A DNA stretch of 64,000 bases from NCBI GenBank assembly GCA_030141605.1, contig JAQGDQ010000578.1:1-64000 (forward strand), in the 5' to 3' direction. Source of the stretch: Tubiluchus corallicola. Lineage: Eukaryota; Animalia; Priapulida. The notes beneath the pieces were generated by a model. The model searched no databases, had not been told where the DNA came from, and saw only the letters and a program-made list of their open reading frames with translations. Shown here piece by piece: positions 27,366 to 39,968 of the stretch; within the stretch, counting starts at the first letter, position 1; each line of letters opens with the position of its first letter. The position numbers were made by a program, and so were the translations under genes.

Positions 27366-28789
27366 CGTTCTGTTACATTCACAATACATGCACCCGAAAA
27401 AATAAACAAGGTAATTAAATCAGACGGAGCTAAATAAAGGCGAATTACAATATATTGCAATAATTAGCCTTGATTTGTCTGTACTCTGTGAAGCTATACG
27501 ACTGCATATAATAATAATACGAGATTTGAACTTTAGTGTCAATAAACACGGCTTAACGCAGACACGGGAATAGTCAAAGTGGTTAAATTAAGTGTCGAAC
27601 CAACGCCCCATTGTTACGCAAAAGAGCCCAACCACTATGTGCTGAACGACGATGCAAGAAAACTCACAGAGCGTTAAATCTACCACACAATGCTATTATA
27701 CGTACATGGCATGATCAACAAGCGTTTTAGCACCATTAAACGCTCATAACTAAGTGGCACATAGCCAATAGCAGAAATCAATGACTGTGCCAAACAGATC
27801 AATAACGCCAAGACATAAGCAGCATGCACACCAGAGGCATTATAAACGTAGTCAAGTCGAGTAAGCATGGAGGAAAATCAGCCAAGCTCAACATTAATAA
27901 TTAAATGTCCCTCTACCGACGATAATCAATGAAGCCAGTAGAACAACAACAATAATAACACGATAGAATACCACGTGTCCAGATGTTGTGAGTTACTAAT
28001 TATCAGCTTTAGTGATTTTTACGAGACTCAATTAATTAGATTAGAGGTCCATTAGCAGTGTAATTAGCATTGGGCTTACTTCGGTCAATTCCAAAAATGC
28101 TGTGATAATGAAGCCAACAAAATCGCCATACTGTTCACTTCATACTCCGGTAACAACAAAACAGAGAAAGAAGATTAGAAATGACAGCCGTCATGGTGTC
28201 AGAATTTTGTGAAGCCATTACGACATTTGTACTATCATATGAATGAAGCCACACAGGACCCTGACTCCTTCATGAACCACAGATCTTTTCATGGTAGATA
28301 TATTTTTCTGTGAAAGTATAGGATCTATTCAAAGCAAAGGGCAAGTCCCTAAAGAATTTAAACACATTTCAATATTTGAGAAAATTTTTAGAAAATTTCA
28401 GCAATAAACACAGTTAAACACAAAGATTTAATCTGCTGGAATGGTGAGATTTCTGACTGAACTGCAGAAGCTTTATTAGGCGTGCGTGTGCGCTGTCCAC
28501 CAGCTTACGTCATTGTTTCGATTCGTTTGGCAGGAGATACGAGTAATTTAAATTTCGTTTGCATTTTAAGCAAGGTATTTTATGGGCCTATCATGTGGGA
28601 TAATTTCAATATTTCTACATGCATAACACCATGAATGTTGTTCGAGGGCTAGTTTCTTCTTTAAGTTAACTGTGGTACACACTTACACCACTAGACAATT
28701 TTACCATCACATATTCATGCTAGCTTACAGTATATTGTGAAGCCTCGTTATAACACATATGCGCACTGTAACAGTAGGTAACAAAACCA

Positions 28790-29610
28790 TACAGGCTTAC
28801 TGCCACAACAACACTTATGATGTCACACTGGCTCACAGTGACAACAGTTAAATGAAATCACACATGATTTGTGCACCAACCTGTAATAAAACTACAGAGA
28901 CTCACTCTGACAGTGTGGTTTAAGAAAGCAGAGACCTCTGTGACAATGTACAACACAGATTCACTGTGACAATGTGTAATTGTACCACACAGGCTCACTG
29001 TGACAATGTGTAATTATAACACACAGGCTCACTGTGACAATGTGTAATTATACCACACAGACTCACAGTGACAGTGTGCAATTATATCACACAGGCTAAC
29101 TGTGCCCATGCGGAGTGATACCACACAGGCTTATTTTGACAATGCTTAATAAAACTACACAGGCTTACAGTAACTGCAGCAATGCTTCATGAAGCCACAC
29201 GGAGTCAGTGTGACAACGTGAATTGATACCACACAAAGTCACTGTGCCAACATTCATTGATACCACACAAACTCATTGTGACAACACACACTGATACCAT
29301 AGAAGGTCACTGTGACAACACACATTGATATCATACAAGGTCACTGTAACAACATGCATTGACACCACACAAGGTGAACTGTGACAGAACGCTGATACCA
29401 TAGAAGGTCACCGTGACAACACACATTGATATCACACAAGGTCACTGTAACAACATGCACTGATACCACACAAGGTCACTGTGACAACACACAATGATAC
29501 CACACATGGTCACTGTGACAACACACAATGACACAACGCAATGTCTCTGTGACAACATGCACAGATACCACACAGAGTCACTATGACAACAACTAATATA
29601 CCACAGCACG
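28790..29610. repeat. Degenerate ~34-36-bp minisatellite (ATACCACACAGGCTCACTGTGACAA core)
   Basis: Recurrent CACACAGGCTCACTGTGACA and CACACAAGGTCACTGTGACA. Confidence 0.85.
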
Positions 29611-30623
29611 TACACAGGTTCATGCAGGGTGATCAACAGGTAATGAAACCACTAAGTGGTTCACTTAGTGAAACATGCAAAGTCAATATAGTAAGCGAAA
29701 TCGTGACGATTTCGAACAACACTAAATGAAATATGGTTCAACTAGGCCAACACTCATAAAGTTCTCCACTTGTAGGTCAAAGGATGCAGGCCAAAGGACC
29801 ACCAAACAAAGGACTAGCGCTCAGAGGATCACCAAGGACAAAGGACCACTAGCGAAAAAGCCACCAGACAAAGACCACTGGTCAAGGATTCATCTGAAAA
29901 GATAAAAGGACCACAGCTCAAAGGATCGCCAAATAAAAATTAGCAGAACAGGCAAATGTCAACCAGAAAAGTCGTGTGAGATCATTGTGCTTTGTTTTGA
30001 GATAATTATATCAGCAATTTGCAAGATAAACTGTAAACTGTAACTTCTACAGTACCTTCTATTCACTACACCAAAATTATTGTTTTTATTCATTGAAAAA
30101 TTCAATAAATTTAAAAAAATTAAGTTTAAAAAAATTTAATGTAAAAAAATCTAAAAATGTTTAACAAATTCTAAGATCACATTTACTGGGTTTAACAAAA
30201 CGGTTCAGGAATAGTATCTTATGTATACAAATGTACTATTAACAACAGTTACATATGATCGGCAGTATCTGTATTTTTGCTATAAAAAGCCTAAGTTCAG
30301 TAAACACTTAACTTCACAATGAAGAGTCAAGCTTTTATCAAACCACGTCGACTCAATATCGATTACTATTCACGAAGCTATAAGAAAACAGCTCACTGTT
30401 TTGTCACATACTTTGTGCAGAATTGTCGTCATAAATATTTCAGCCGAAGATTCACTTTATCTCATAAATCAACATTTCACGAAGTGACATACGTTCAAGG
30501 TTAAGATGTGAGCAGCTTAATATTTTACAAATTGGTAGTCAGCGTTCAGCGCAGTGATTTCCATTCATATTTATTCTTCGCTTCCCCATAAGAAATATTG
30601 CAAAAGTTAAAGTACCTTTCAAG

Positions 30624-30777
30624 ATGGCTACTATCATCAAAATATGTCACACACACAAAGTCGTATTGAGTAGTCTTCATATTGATAACGTTAGGAGGGA
30701 GGATGGTGGGACGTATAAGTGTGAAGCCAGAAATGTACACGGAGAGACAAACTATGAAGCTCAAATTCATGTTTATG
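30624..30777 (+). CDS. Dscam: Internal exon or pseudo-exon encoding the C-terminal half of an I-set immunoglobulin domain, DSCAM Ig5-like
   Basis: 30660-30777 translates as VVLSSLHIDNVRREDGGTYKCEARNVHGETNYEAQIHVY(G), with the Ig D-x-G-x-Y-x-C motif and a phase-1 GTGAGT donor at 30778. The pattern fits DSCAM Ig5 as I recall it (VVSYLNI....RDGG.YRC.A.N..G...Y.ARINV.G). The 5' boundary is uncertain (candidate acceptor AG ends at 30592 or 30623), and the gene name rests on recalled similarity only. Confidence 0.62.
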
Positions 30778-30825
30778 GTGAGTGAAGAAGACGGGAATTG
30801 AGGACAGGTTGAGTGACTGTAATAA

Positions 30826-31019
30826 GAGGGACAGAGAGGCGAGAAAGAGGGATACGAGAGGACAGAGAGTGAGAGAGAGAGAGAAGAGAGGGAGGGAGTT
30901 AGCGAAAGAGAAAGAGAAAGAGAGAGAAGGGGAGAGAGGGAGGGAGAGAGAGAGGGGGTAAAGAGAGAGAGGGAGAGAGAGAAAGAGAGAGGGAGAGAGA
31001 GGGGGAGAGAAAGAGAGAG

Positions 31020-31061
<42 letters not shown>

Positions 31062-31085
31062 GGAGAGAAAGAGAGAGCAGAGGCA
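30826..31085. repeat. GA-rich polypurine low-complexity tract
   Basis: Direct reading; lies just downstream of the splice donor. Confidence 0.92.
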
Positions 31086-32397
31086 CGAGGAAAGCATAAC
31101 CCAAAAACTGTACTGCATACAATGGGAAAAGATTGATGCCATGATTCTAAGCGATTTTTTCTTTTTTTTAAATACTACAAATACTACAAGAAAGAGAGGA
31201 AGACAGTTTCAGGAAAGCAAAGAGAGCTCCCAAGAGGAGGGAAAGTTGTTAGGACAGGGACCACTCCCCCTTCGAAGACGTTACTCACAGAAACATTTTT
31301 ATACGGAAGATAAATCAATGTATACGAAAGACAAAAATGTTTCTCGTAACCTTGTCAGATAAATTTGAAATTTTTACTGTAATCACATACAAATACCCAT
31401 AACGCGTTATAGTACAACAATGGCTTCCCCAAAGCTCTGGCGCTCTGGAGACGACGCTCCAGTTGCACCCCATCCCCGGAGCTCTAGAAACAACTTAAAC
31501 GAAAGTTAAAGCAGAAAAAAACACTTTATAAATAAATGTTAAAAAATTCATCTTGAAATTTTATATCACTTTAATATCAGCGCTGTATTAAACTTGCAAA
31601 TTTAAATTCCCCTGATGATCGTTAGGCACAGCCATGTTGATGCTAAGTCAACTGAAACAAGTCATCGTCATCATCGTCGTCGTCGTCGTCGTCATCATCA
31701 ACATCATCATCATTACTACCACTTCGTTCTTTTTTTACTCTTGCGTTTCTTCTTCTAAATTCTTCGTTTTTCTTTTTTCCTTTTCCATTTTTTAAGTTTT
31801 GAATAACACCAATAAATTCAAAAGTTTTGAACGAATCGTTTTCAACAAACATTCAGTTGATATCATATAATAATTAATTTCCACTGGTAATTCTGAATTT
31901 ATACTATGATAACTCGTGATTCACAGGAGAATCATTTACTTATATAAAACTACAAAAAATCGTCTTGATATTTTGTATCTCCTGCATTCTGCCTTATTGC
32001 GCACAGAGCTTGCATTAACAGCAACGCTGTATAAAACTCAAAAAAGTAACTCCTGCGATGGAAACTAGGCTGCAAAACGTTTGAAACAAGTTTACATAAC
32101 ATTGTGTAAAGTTTGAAAAAATAATCAGAGCATTCATAGCGCACTCTTCATTAACTAAGCGAAAGTTTAAATTACTTTATCTTATCAGTAAGATCAATAA
32201 TGTGTTTTTTGGTGAATCAGTGGGGCACCCTGGGATGGCGATGAAGTGCCTTTTTACCTTAATATATTTATACATGCATATAAAACAATAAAGTTATAAT
32301 AAAAAGCGCTCAAGAAAAAGAGAGGATGAAGTTAAAACTCATATTTTCCTTCCCCTTTTAGATTTTACTTCTATCTAGGTTCTAAAACAAATTACCA

Positions 32398-32947
32398 ATC
32401 TAAAATCACAAATTACATCATATAATAAAACTATGTCTAAAATTACATATTATACTAAAAGGTTATCACAGTACTTTTTAAAGTTGTTCACTAATGCGCT
32501 CATAACTTTTAACAACTTAAACCTTTTTTAAACATACAGAGAGTTTTACTTTCTTTGATTTCTTTATCTAGGACATTCCATTGTTTAATATCAAAAACTG
32601 ATACACACATCGATTCCCTTCATGTTCTTACTAGGGGTATTTTAAAGTAATAAGTTAAATTATTACATTATTATTACTTAATTATTTCAAATTATTAAGA
32701 ATTTTCTCTTCCAATTATACTAGTCTTTCAAACTTCTTTTAATGCTAACTAATCCAATTTTGTAAGGAACTTTTTCTGGGATATAATTTAAAATTTCTTT
32801 TTCATCCTCTTTTAAGAGAGTTGTCAGAAGGGCATCCTATGAAGAAATCACAGTTTTGGCAGCGCTGAGCATTCAGCTTGTCATTCACACGGCATGGAAT
32901 ACCTTATATAATATCAACTTTCACTTTTAATGTAGCCAATCTATGAC
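32398..32947. repeat. Second copy of the 14180-14721 composite block
   Basis: ATCTAAAATCACAAATTACA...AATGTAGCCAATCTATGAC. Confidence 0.85.
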
Positions 32948-32955
32948 GCGTTTCG

Positions 32956-33490
32956 TTAAAGGAAAACCAGACGATTGTGTAAATATTAGTTCAAAATAAA
33001 GTATGCTCTAAAATATTGAAGACTACAACAACTTTTTTAAATCAAAACTTCGATTAACTAACAATAACCTCGACTAGTTAAATTTTACTAAACTTTCAAG
33101 GCTGCGCACGGCTCAACGAGTCCAGTAAGACTGGCAATGGCGCCTTTTTGTCAATTTCGCGTGACCGACAAGTAGACGCTGTACCTGATAAGCACGATTA
33201 TGAACTGCAACGTTCGTGTGTGACGTAAATGTGCGTAGAACTTATTTTCGTGACATCACATCAGTGTCCTATAGCAACCTTCGCATACGCAATCGTGCTT
33301 GACGCGCAAGGAAGATGCCTACCATTGCATAATCTGTGGTTAGTTTGTTAGCGATAGCACTGTTCTGTTGCCGATAATTAACTTTCCAATGCAATTATTA
33401 GAAACAATTATTGTTAACTTTTATAGGCAAAAAATGTACATTTTGGAAAGTACATTAAAATGAGATTGGGTCTAATTTTTTTCCTTTGAA
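32956..33490 (+). mobile_element. Family B MITE, more diverged copy
   Basis: Starts TTAA-AGGAAAACCAGACGATTGT. The right TIR is eroded. Confidence 0.82.
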
Positions 33491-33857
33491 ACAGGTTAAT
33501 GAATGCGTCACCGCTGTTATCGCCGGCCATTGCTGAAGCGGAACATCGCCACAAAGCGTTTCCCAGAATTCAAGATTTACTCAGTCAACTTTGATATCAG
33601 AGTGATTCATTTCAGCCTTGCTTGAGAAAGCAACCAATGACTGAATCCGCAAACGAAACACGTGACTAATGATGACGAGCTGTGACGTCAGCGTGTTTTA
33701 TTGCATCAAGAATATCATCTGCAGAGTAAATGATGCAAGGATAAAAAACGAGAAGAAAAGTCATCCTTTTCGGTCAAATAGATCTCGTAGTTTTTATTTA
33801 TTTAAAACTCCGGCTAAAGTTTTCAATTCCCCACACAAAAAATTAGTTCGTGAAGCG

Positions 33858-34366
33858 GATTAGGATTAGCGTCAGGATTAGGATTAGGGTTAGGGTGGGA
33901 TTAGAGCTAGGGTTAAGGCTAGACATAGGGTGGGATTAGAGTTAGGGCTAGGGTTAGGGTTAGGGTTAAAGATAGGGTTAGGGTGAGATTAGAGTTAGGG
34001 TTAGGGCTAGGGTTAGGGTGAGATTAGAGATAGGGTTAGGGCTAGGGTTAGGGTAGGATTAGGGTTAGGGTTAGGGTTAGGGTTAAAGATAGGATTAGGG
34101 TGGGATTAAAGCAAGGTTAAGGCTGGACATAGGGTGGGATTAGAGTTATGGTTAGGGTTAGCGTTAGGGTTAGGGTTAAAGATAGGGTTAGTGTGAGATT
34201 AGAGTTAGGGTTAGGGTTAGGGTTAGGGTGGGATTAGAATTAGGGTTAGGGTTAGGGTTAGGGTTAGGGTGGGATTAGAGTTAGGGTTAGGATGGGATTA
34301 GACAGTTAGGGTTAGGGCTAGGGTTAGAGTGGGATTAGAGTTAGGGTTAGGACTATGGTTATGGTG
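33858..34366 (+). repeat. Degenerate interstitial (TTAGGG)n telomere-like array
   Basis: TTAGGG mixed with TTAGAG, CTAGGG, TGGGA and ATAGGG variants, with higher-order blocks. Confidence 0.93.
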
Positions 34367-34390
34367 CTTAAATTGTTTGGGGAATTGTAA

Positions 34391-34760
34391 ATACCAAAAT
34401 TCCATCATCAGTGGTATGTAATCTAAAGTGATAACATAAGAAATAAATATTAGAATAAAGGCAAAATTTAAAATACGTGAAGAAAATTGCTCTGCATAAG
34501 TCTTTTGGTATCCTATTTTTGCACAAACAATCGTCATTTCTTTGAAATCATTCAGTTGTCACTATAAAACCTATAAAACTTATAACTAAGAGCATAACAA
34601 CAACTGCTTGCTTTTCCAATAAGACGTATTCATACTCCCTCAAATTGCTATAAAACGTTTGCGCAAAAAATGTTCTTCAAAATTAAATTTTGCCTTTATT
34701 CTAATTTTCATTCCTTATTTTATTACTTTAAATTACATACTGATGATGCAGTTTTTTATA
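34391..34760. repeat. Degenerate inverted repeat (small foldback/MITE relic)
   Basis: TAGAATAAAGGCAAAATTTAA (~34451) pairs with TTAAATTTTGCCTTTATTCTA (~34683). CATCATCAG..GTATGTAAT pairs with ATTACATACTGATGATG. Confidence 0.7.
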
Positions 34761-35091
34761 AATAAATACTCCGAAATTGATTTGATTAAAAACTGACGAC
34801 GACTGTTCTTATCTTAGTTTTATTTATGCTTGTATCATCAACAGTGAAGGATTTGTCTCATCCATAAACGTACAAGAATCGAGCACCATTGCTGACTCTT
34901 CTCCACCACATTTTACTTCTCCAGATAAACGTTAATAACCACTTTTAAATAATTGTAGAATAACGTTATAAATTGCGGAATCTATTCCTGTCAAATGGTG
35001 GTTATCACAGGGCTGGCAGCCTGTCATTACCCAGTAGAATTACGTTATTTCCTATTTTAAGCGTCAGCTGTAGAACTGTAGCTGCAGCAGG

Positions 35092-36710
35092 AACCGAGTC
35101 TGTGACTGTCATTGTTTGAATCAAACAGGTAAAAGTATTGCTATACCAACCGAGTCTGTAACTGTAATTGTTTGAATCAAACAGGTAAAAGCATTGCTGT
35201 ACCAACCGAGTCTGAAACTGTGATTGTTTGAATCAAACAGGTAAAAGCATAGCTGTACCAACCGAGTCTGTAACTGTGATTGTTTGAATCAAACAGGTAA
35301 AGGCATTGCTGTACCAACCGAGTCTGTAACTGTGATTGTTTGAATCAAACAGGTAAAGGCATAACTGTACCTACTGAGTCTGTAACTGTGATTGTTTGAG
35401 TCAAACAGGTAAAGGCATTGCTGTACCAACCGAGTCTGTAACTGTGATTGTTTGAATCAAACAGGTAAAGGCATAACTGTACCTACAGAGTCTGTAACTG
35501 TGATTGTTTGAATCAAACAGCTAAAGGCATAGCTGTAGCAACCGAGTCTGTAACTGTGATTGTTTGAATCAAACAGGTAAAGGCATAACTGTACCTACTG
35601 AGTCTGCATCTGTGATTGTTTGAATCAAACAGGTAAAGGCATAACTGTACCTACTGAGTCTGTAACTGTGATTGTTTGAATCAAACAGGTAAAGGCATTG
35701 CTGTACCAACCGAGTCTGTAACTGTGATTGTTTGAATCAAACAGGTAAAGGCATAACTGTACCTACAGAGTCTGTAACTGTGATTGTTTGAATCAAACAG
35801 CTAAAGGCATAGCTGTAGCAACCGAGTCTGTAACTGTGATTGTTTGAATCAAACAGGTAAAGGCATTGCTGTACCAGCCGAGTCTGTAACAGTGATTGTT
35901 TGAATCAAACATGTAAAAGCATTGCTGTAGCAACCGAGTCTGTAACTGTCATTGTTTGAATCAAACAGCTAAAGTCATAGCTGTACCAATCGAGTCTGTA
36001 ACTGTGATTGTTTGAGTCAAACAGCTAAAAGCATAGCTGTACCAACCGAGTCTGTAACTGTGATTGTTTGAATCAAACAGGTAAAAACATTGCTGTACCA
36101 ACCGAGTCTGTAACTGTGATTGTTTGAATCAAACAGGTAAAAGCATAGCTGTACCAACCGAGTCTGTAACTGTGATTGTTTGAATCAAACATGTAAAAGC
36201 ATAGCTGTACCTACCGAGTCTGTAACTGTGATTGTTTGAATCAAACAGGTAAAAATATTGCTGTACCAACCGAGTCTGTAACTGTGATTGTTTGAATCAA
36301 ACAGGTAAAGGCATTGCTGTACCAACCGAGTCTGTAACTGTGATTGTTTGAATCAAACAGGTAAAAACATTGCTGTACCAACCGAGTCTGTAACTGTGAT
36401 TGTTTGAATCAAACAGGTAAAGGCATTGCTGTACCAACCGAGTCTGTAACTGTGAATGTGTGAATCAAACATGTAAAAGCATTGCTGTACCAACCCAGTC
36501 TGTAACTGTGATTGTTTGAATCAAAGAGCTAAAAGCATTGCTGTACCAACCGAGTCTGTAACTGTGATTGTTTGAAAAAACAGCTAAAAGCATTGCTGTA
36601 CCTACTGAGTCTGTAACTGTGATTGTTTGAATCAAACAGGTAAAAGCATTGCTGTAGCAACCGAGTCTGTAACTGTGATTGTGTGAATCAAACATGTAAA
36701 AGCATAGTTA
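35092..36710. repeat. 56-bp minisatellite (~29 copies)
   Basis: Unit ACCGAGTCTGTAACTGTGATTGTTTGAATCAAACAGGTAAAAGCATTGCTGTACCA; period checked at 35261 and 35317. Confidence 0.97.
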
Positions 36711-37359
36711 AACAGGTGTGAATGTTAGAAACAGGAAAACATTGTAATACGATCACTCAGAACATCTAAGCGTTTTTAATCAAGAAACAAAGCCCACTAG
36801 AAAAGCAAACAAAAAATTCGAAGAAACTACTCAGCTTAACAACACAAATTCCAGAGGCAGGTGAAAGCACGTTCAATTTAATTAAGTTCATCACGGTAGA
36901 TAATAATTACTTCAGCGCAGTGTTAAGGTCAGAATTTCTACTCATTCATGAATAAATAAATGATTACTCACATTCTGACTACAGCAATAATATCTGTAGG
37001 AATATTATGTTTTAGTTATATACCGCTTTTACGCGACCATAAGTGCTGTTTAAATATTCATGACGTAGCTGATTCACGTGATGCCACCTGGTACGGTACA
37101 CATGTAAGATCAATGTGACAGCTGCGTATCTACCCTGCACAAATATGACATGGCTTGTTCGAGTCCAGTCGATTAACAAATCACCTGTGTTATAGCTATC
37201 CATAAAGCAGTCTGTATATTTCTACATTTCTATTAAACAGTTGAACATTTATTACTGCGCTGTGACCTTGAAAGCCAAGAAAAGAGACTAAACTTCCGGA
37301 GAGAATTAACAGATGGCACTACATGTATTTTTGACATCTACATACTGAAAATGAAATCT

Positions 37360-37910
37360 TTAAAGGAAGACCGGACGATTGTTTTGACTCAATCTCATTT
37401 TAATTTACTGTCCAAAATATACATTTTCTTGCCTATAAAAGTTAACAATTGTTTCTTATATTTGAATAATTAGCTTAGAAAGTTAATTAACGGCTACAGA
37501 ACACAGCTATTGCTAACGTCAGAAACTAACCACAGTTTGGGCAATGGCAGGCGTCTTCCCTTGCGCATCAAGCACATTTGCATAAGTGTTACAGTACTGT
37601 TTAAACGCGTGATGTCACGAAAATTAGCTCTACATCATATGACGTCAGAAACTAGCACTTCATGATCATGGTTATCACGTTACCGCCTTCTATTTGTCGG
37701 CCACGCGCACGTGACAAAAAGGCGCTGCTGCCAATCTTAGTAGATTCACTGAGCCGCGCGTAGCTTTGAAAGTTTAACGAAATTTGAGTATCCGAGGTAA
37801 TTATTATTTAATCTAAGCTTTGATTTAAAAAAAGCTATTGTAGTTTTCAATATTTTAGAGCATTCTTTATTCTGAACTCGTGTTTGCACAATCATCCGGT
37901 TTTCCTTCAA
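37360..37910 (-). mobile_element. Family B MITE, full length
   Basis: TTAA-AGGAAGACCGGACGATTGT...ACAATCATCCGGTTTTCCT. Confidence 0.9.
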
Positions 37911-38307
37911 CTGACTTATTTGTACATATTGTAAAAGAAAAGTTTATGAATGACATACGTTGTAACATCTTAATATTTATATTTATATATTTATATTTAT
38001 TTATTTGATCTGCAAAATCTTATTCATTTTATTGCTGTAACTAAACTTTCAATGACATAGCTCATATACAAATTAGACATAGACGTGCTGCCATACTTGC
38101 AAATATTCTCTAAAACCACTATGATATATATCACTTCTGGGTACTTTTCTACGTACGTATGTTATGTAATGTATATGCCAGTAAATAAATTATAACAATG
38201 TATCTGTTCTAGACTAATTAGCGATTTGGCATATTGGGTAATAATTTTAGTATCAGCAATGTATTTCTCTTGTTACAATTTTCGATTACCTTAGTAACAC
38301 GTACTAG

Positions 38308-38490
38308 CTGTACATAGGTTTAACACTATATCATTAATGTACTTATAATTAAGTTAAACTTTGCCTACAACTAGAGTTATTTATGAAACAATCTATTTTG
38401 AAGGAAGAGCGCTGTACATAGGTTTAACACTATATCATTAATGTACTTATAATTAAGTTAAACTCTGCCTACAACTAGAGTTATTTTATT
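38308..38490. repeat. ~103-bp tandem duplication
   Basis: GCTGTACATAGGTTTAACACTATATC...CTAGAGTTATTT at 38308 and 38411. Confidence 0.88.
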
Positions 38491-38682
38491 TAAAGGAAGA
38501 GATCTATTTTAAAGGAAGAGCCAAACCTCGAACAACATTTGTTGCATTTTAATGTACAATTAAAAATATTGAAATCACGACACAATATATGCGCATAGAA
38601 TGCTTTGCTTAAAAGTGTAAAAGAAGTTTAAATATTTCTCATCACCCGCCAAACGAACGTTGAGGCCGGCATATTTCAAAAA

Positions 38683-39400
38683 AATCACACAGGCTGAGCT
38701 CACTGTGACACACTTCATGAAATCACATAGGCTCACTGTGACACACTTCATGAAGCCATACAAGTTCACTGTGACACACTTCATGAAATCACACAGGCTG
38801 AGCTCACTGTGACACACTTCTTGAAATACACAGGCTGAGATCACTGTGACAAAATTCACGAAATCACACAGGCTGAGCTCACTGTGACACAATTCAGGAA
38901 ATCACACAGGCTGAGCTCACTGTGACACACTTCACGAAATCACACAGGCTGAGCTCACTGTGACACACTTCACGAAATCACACAGGCTGAGCTCACTGTG
39001 ACAAAATTCACGAAATCACACAGGCTGAGCTCACTGTGACACAATTCAGGAAATCACACAGGCTGAGCTCACTGTGACACACTTCACGAAATCACACAGA
39101 CTGAGCTCACTGTGGCACACTTCTTGAAATACACAGGCTGAGCTCACTGTGACAAAATTCACGAAATCACACAGGCTGAGCTCACTGTGACACAATTCAG
39201 GAAATCACACAGGCTGAGCTCACTGTGACACACTTCACGAAATCACACAGGCTGAGCTCACTGTGGCACACGTCTTGAAATAAACAGGCTGAGCTCACTG
39301 TGACACACATCATGAAATCATACACCCTCAATATGACACACTTAATGAAACCAAACAATTTCACTGAGATGCGCTTCATGAAATCACGCAGGCTCACAGC
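38683..39400. repeat. 38-bp minisatellite AAATCACACAGGCTGAGCTCACTGTGACACACTTCACG (~18 copies)
   Basis: Period checked at 38937 and 38975. Related to the 28790-29610 array. Confidence 0.95.
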
Positions 39401-39968
39401 GAGATCACATACGAAACACTGAGCAGATAATTCATTCTGATAGCATGTATAATATAAAACTGCACAAAGTATTTTGAAACTTAACAATCACTGCAATTTT
39501 TGATCTTAATGGGCTAAGCAGCTTAATGTATAGTCCATAATAATACAAAATTGCTAGCAGCTAATAGATTTAGTTTATTACTGTGAGCAAATAATAAAAA
39601 ATGTAATTGGTATCGTTTAGTTAGCGATTATCAATATGGCTCACGTCATCACAATATCTGCTAAGTCAATAAACAAAACTGAAAGTAAAACACGTTGTTG
39701 TTAACTCTGTTAAACCATTTAACATGGAAAATGCAATGCAAACATTCGTTTATTTTAATCAATTATATCCACTTTGGGTTTTATTACGTTTACCAGGCTT
39801 GCCCAATTGAAAAGTTACAGCTACGTCAACAGCACGACAAACCCTCTACGACGAAAGTAATGAATAACTTTACACTAATTAAAATGTAATTATTCTGGTG
39901 TGTGTGATTTAATTTCTTTGGAATTCACTGTTGTATTTTTTAAAAGAAATGAAAAGAGTTTAATACGC

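Noticed and set aside
25926-36710. Palindromic 44-bp and 56-bp repeats resembling CRISPR arrays
   Set aside because: The units are head-to-tail with no unique spacers, there are no cas genes, and the context is eukaryotic.
37085-37195. VRYTCKINVTAAYLPCTNMTWLV resembling Ig B-C strands
   Set aside because: Bounded by in-frame stops and lacking fitting splice sites; likely chance.
28790-39400. Many CACTGTG words (reverse complement of the RAG heptamer CACAGTG) in arrays flanking an Ig exon, suggesting V(D)J-like signals
   Set aside because: No GGTTTTTGT-like nonamer at 12 or 23 bp spacing, all copies lie in the same orientation inside tandem repeats, and the Ig exon is I-set-like rather than a V or J segment.
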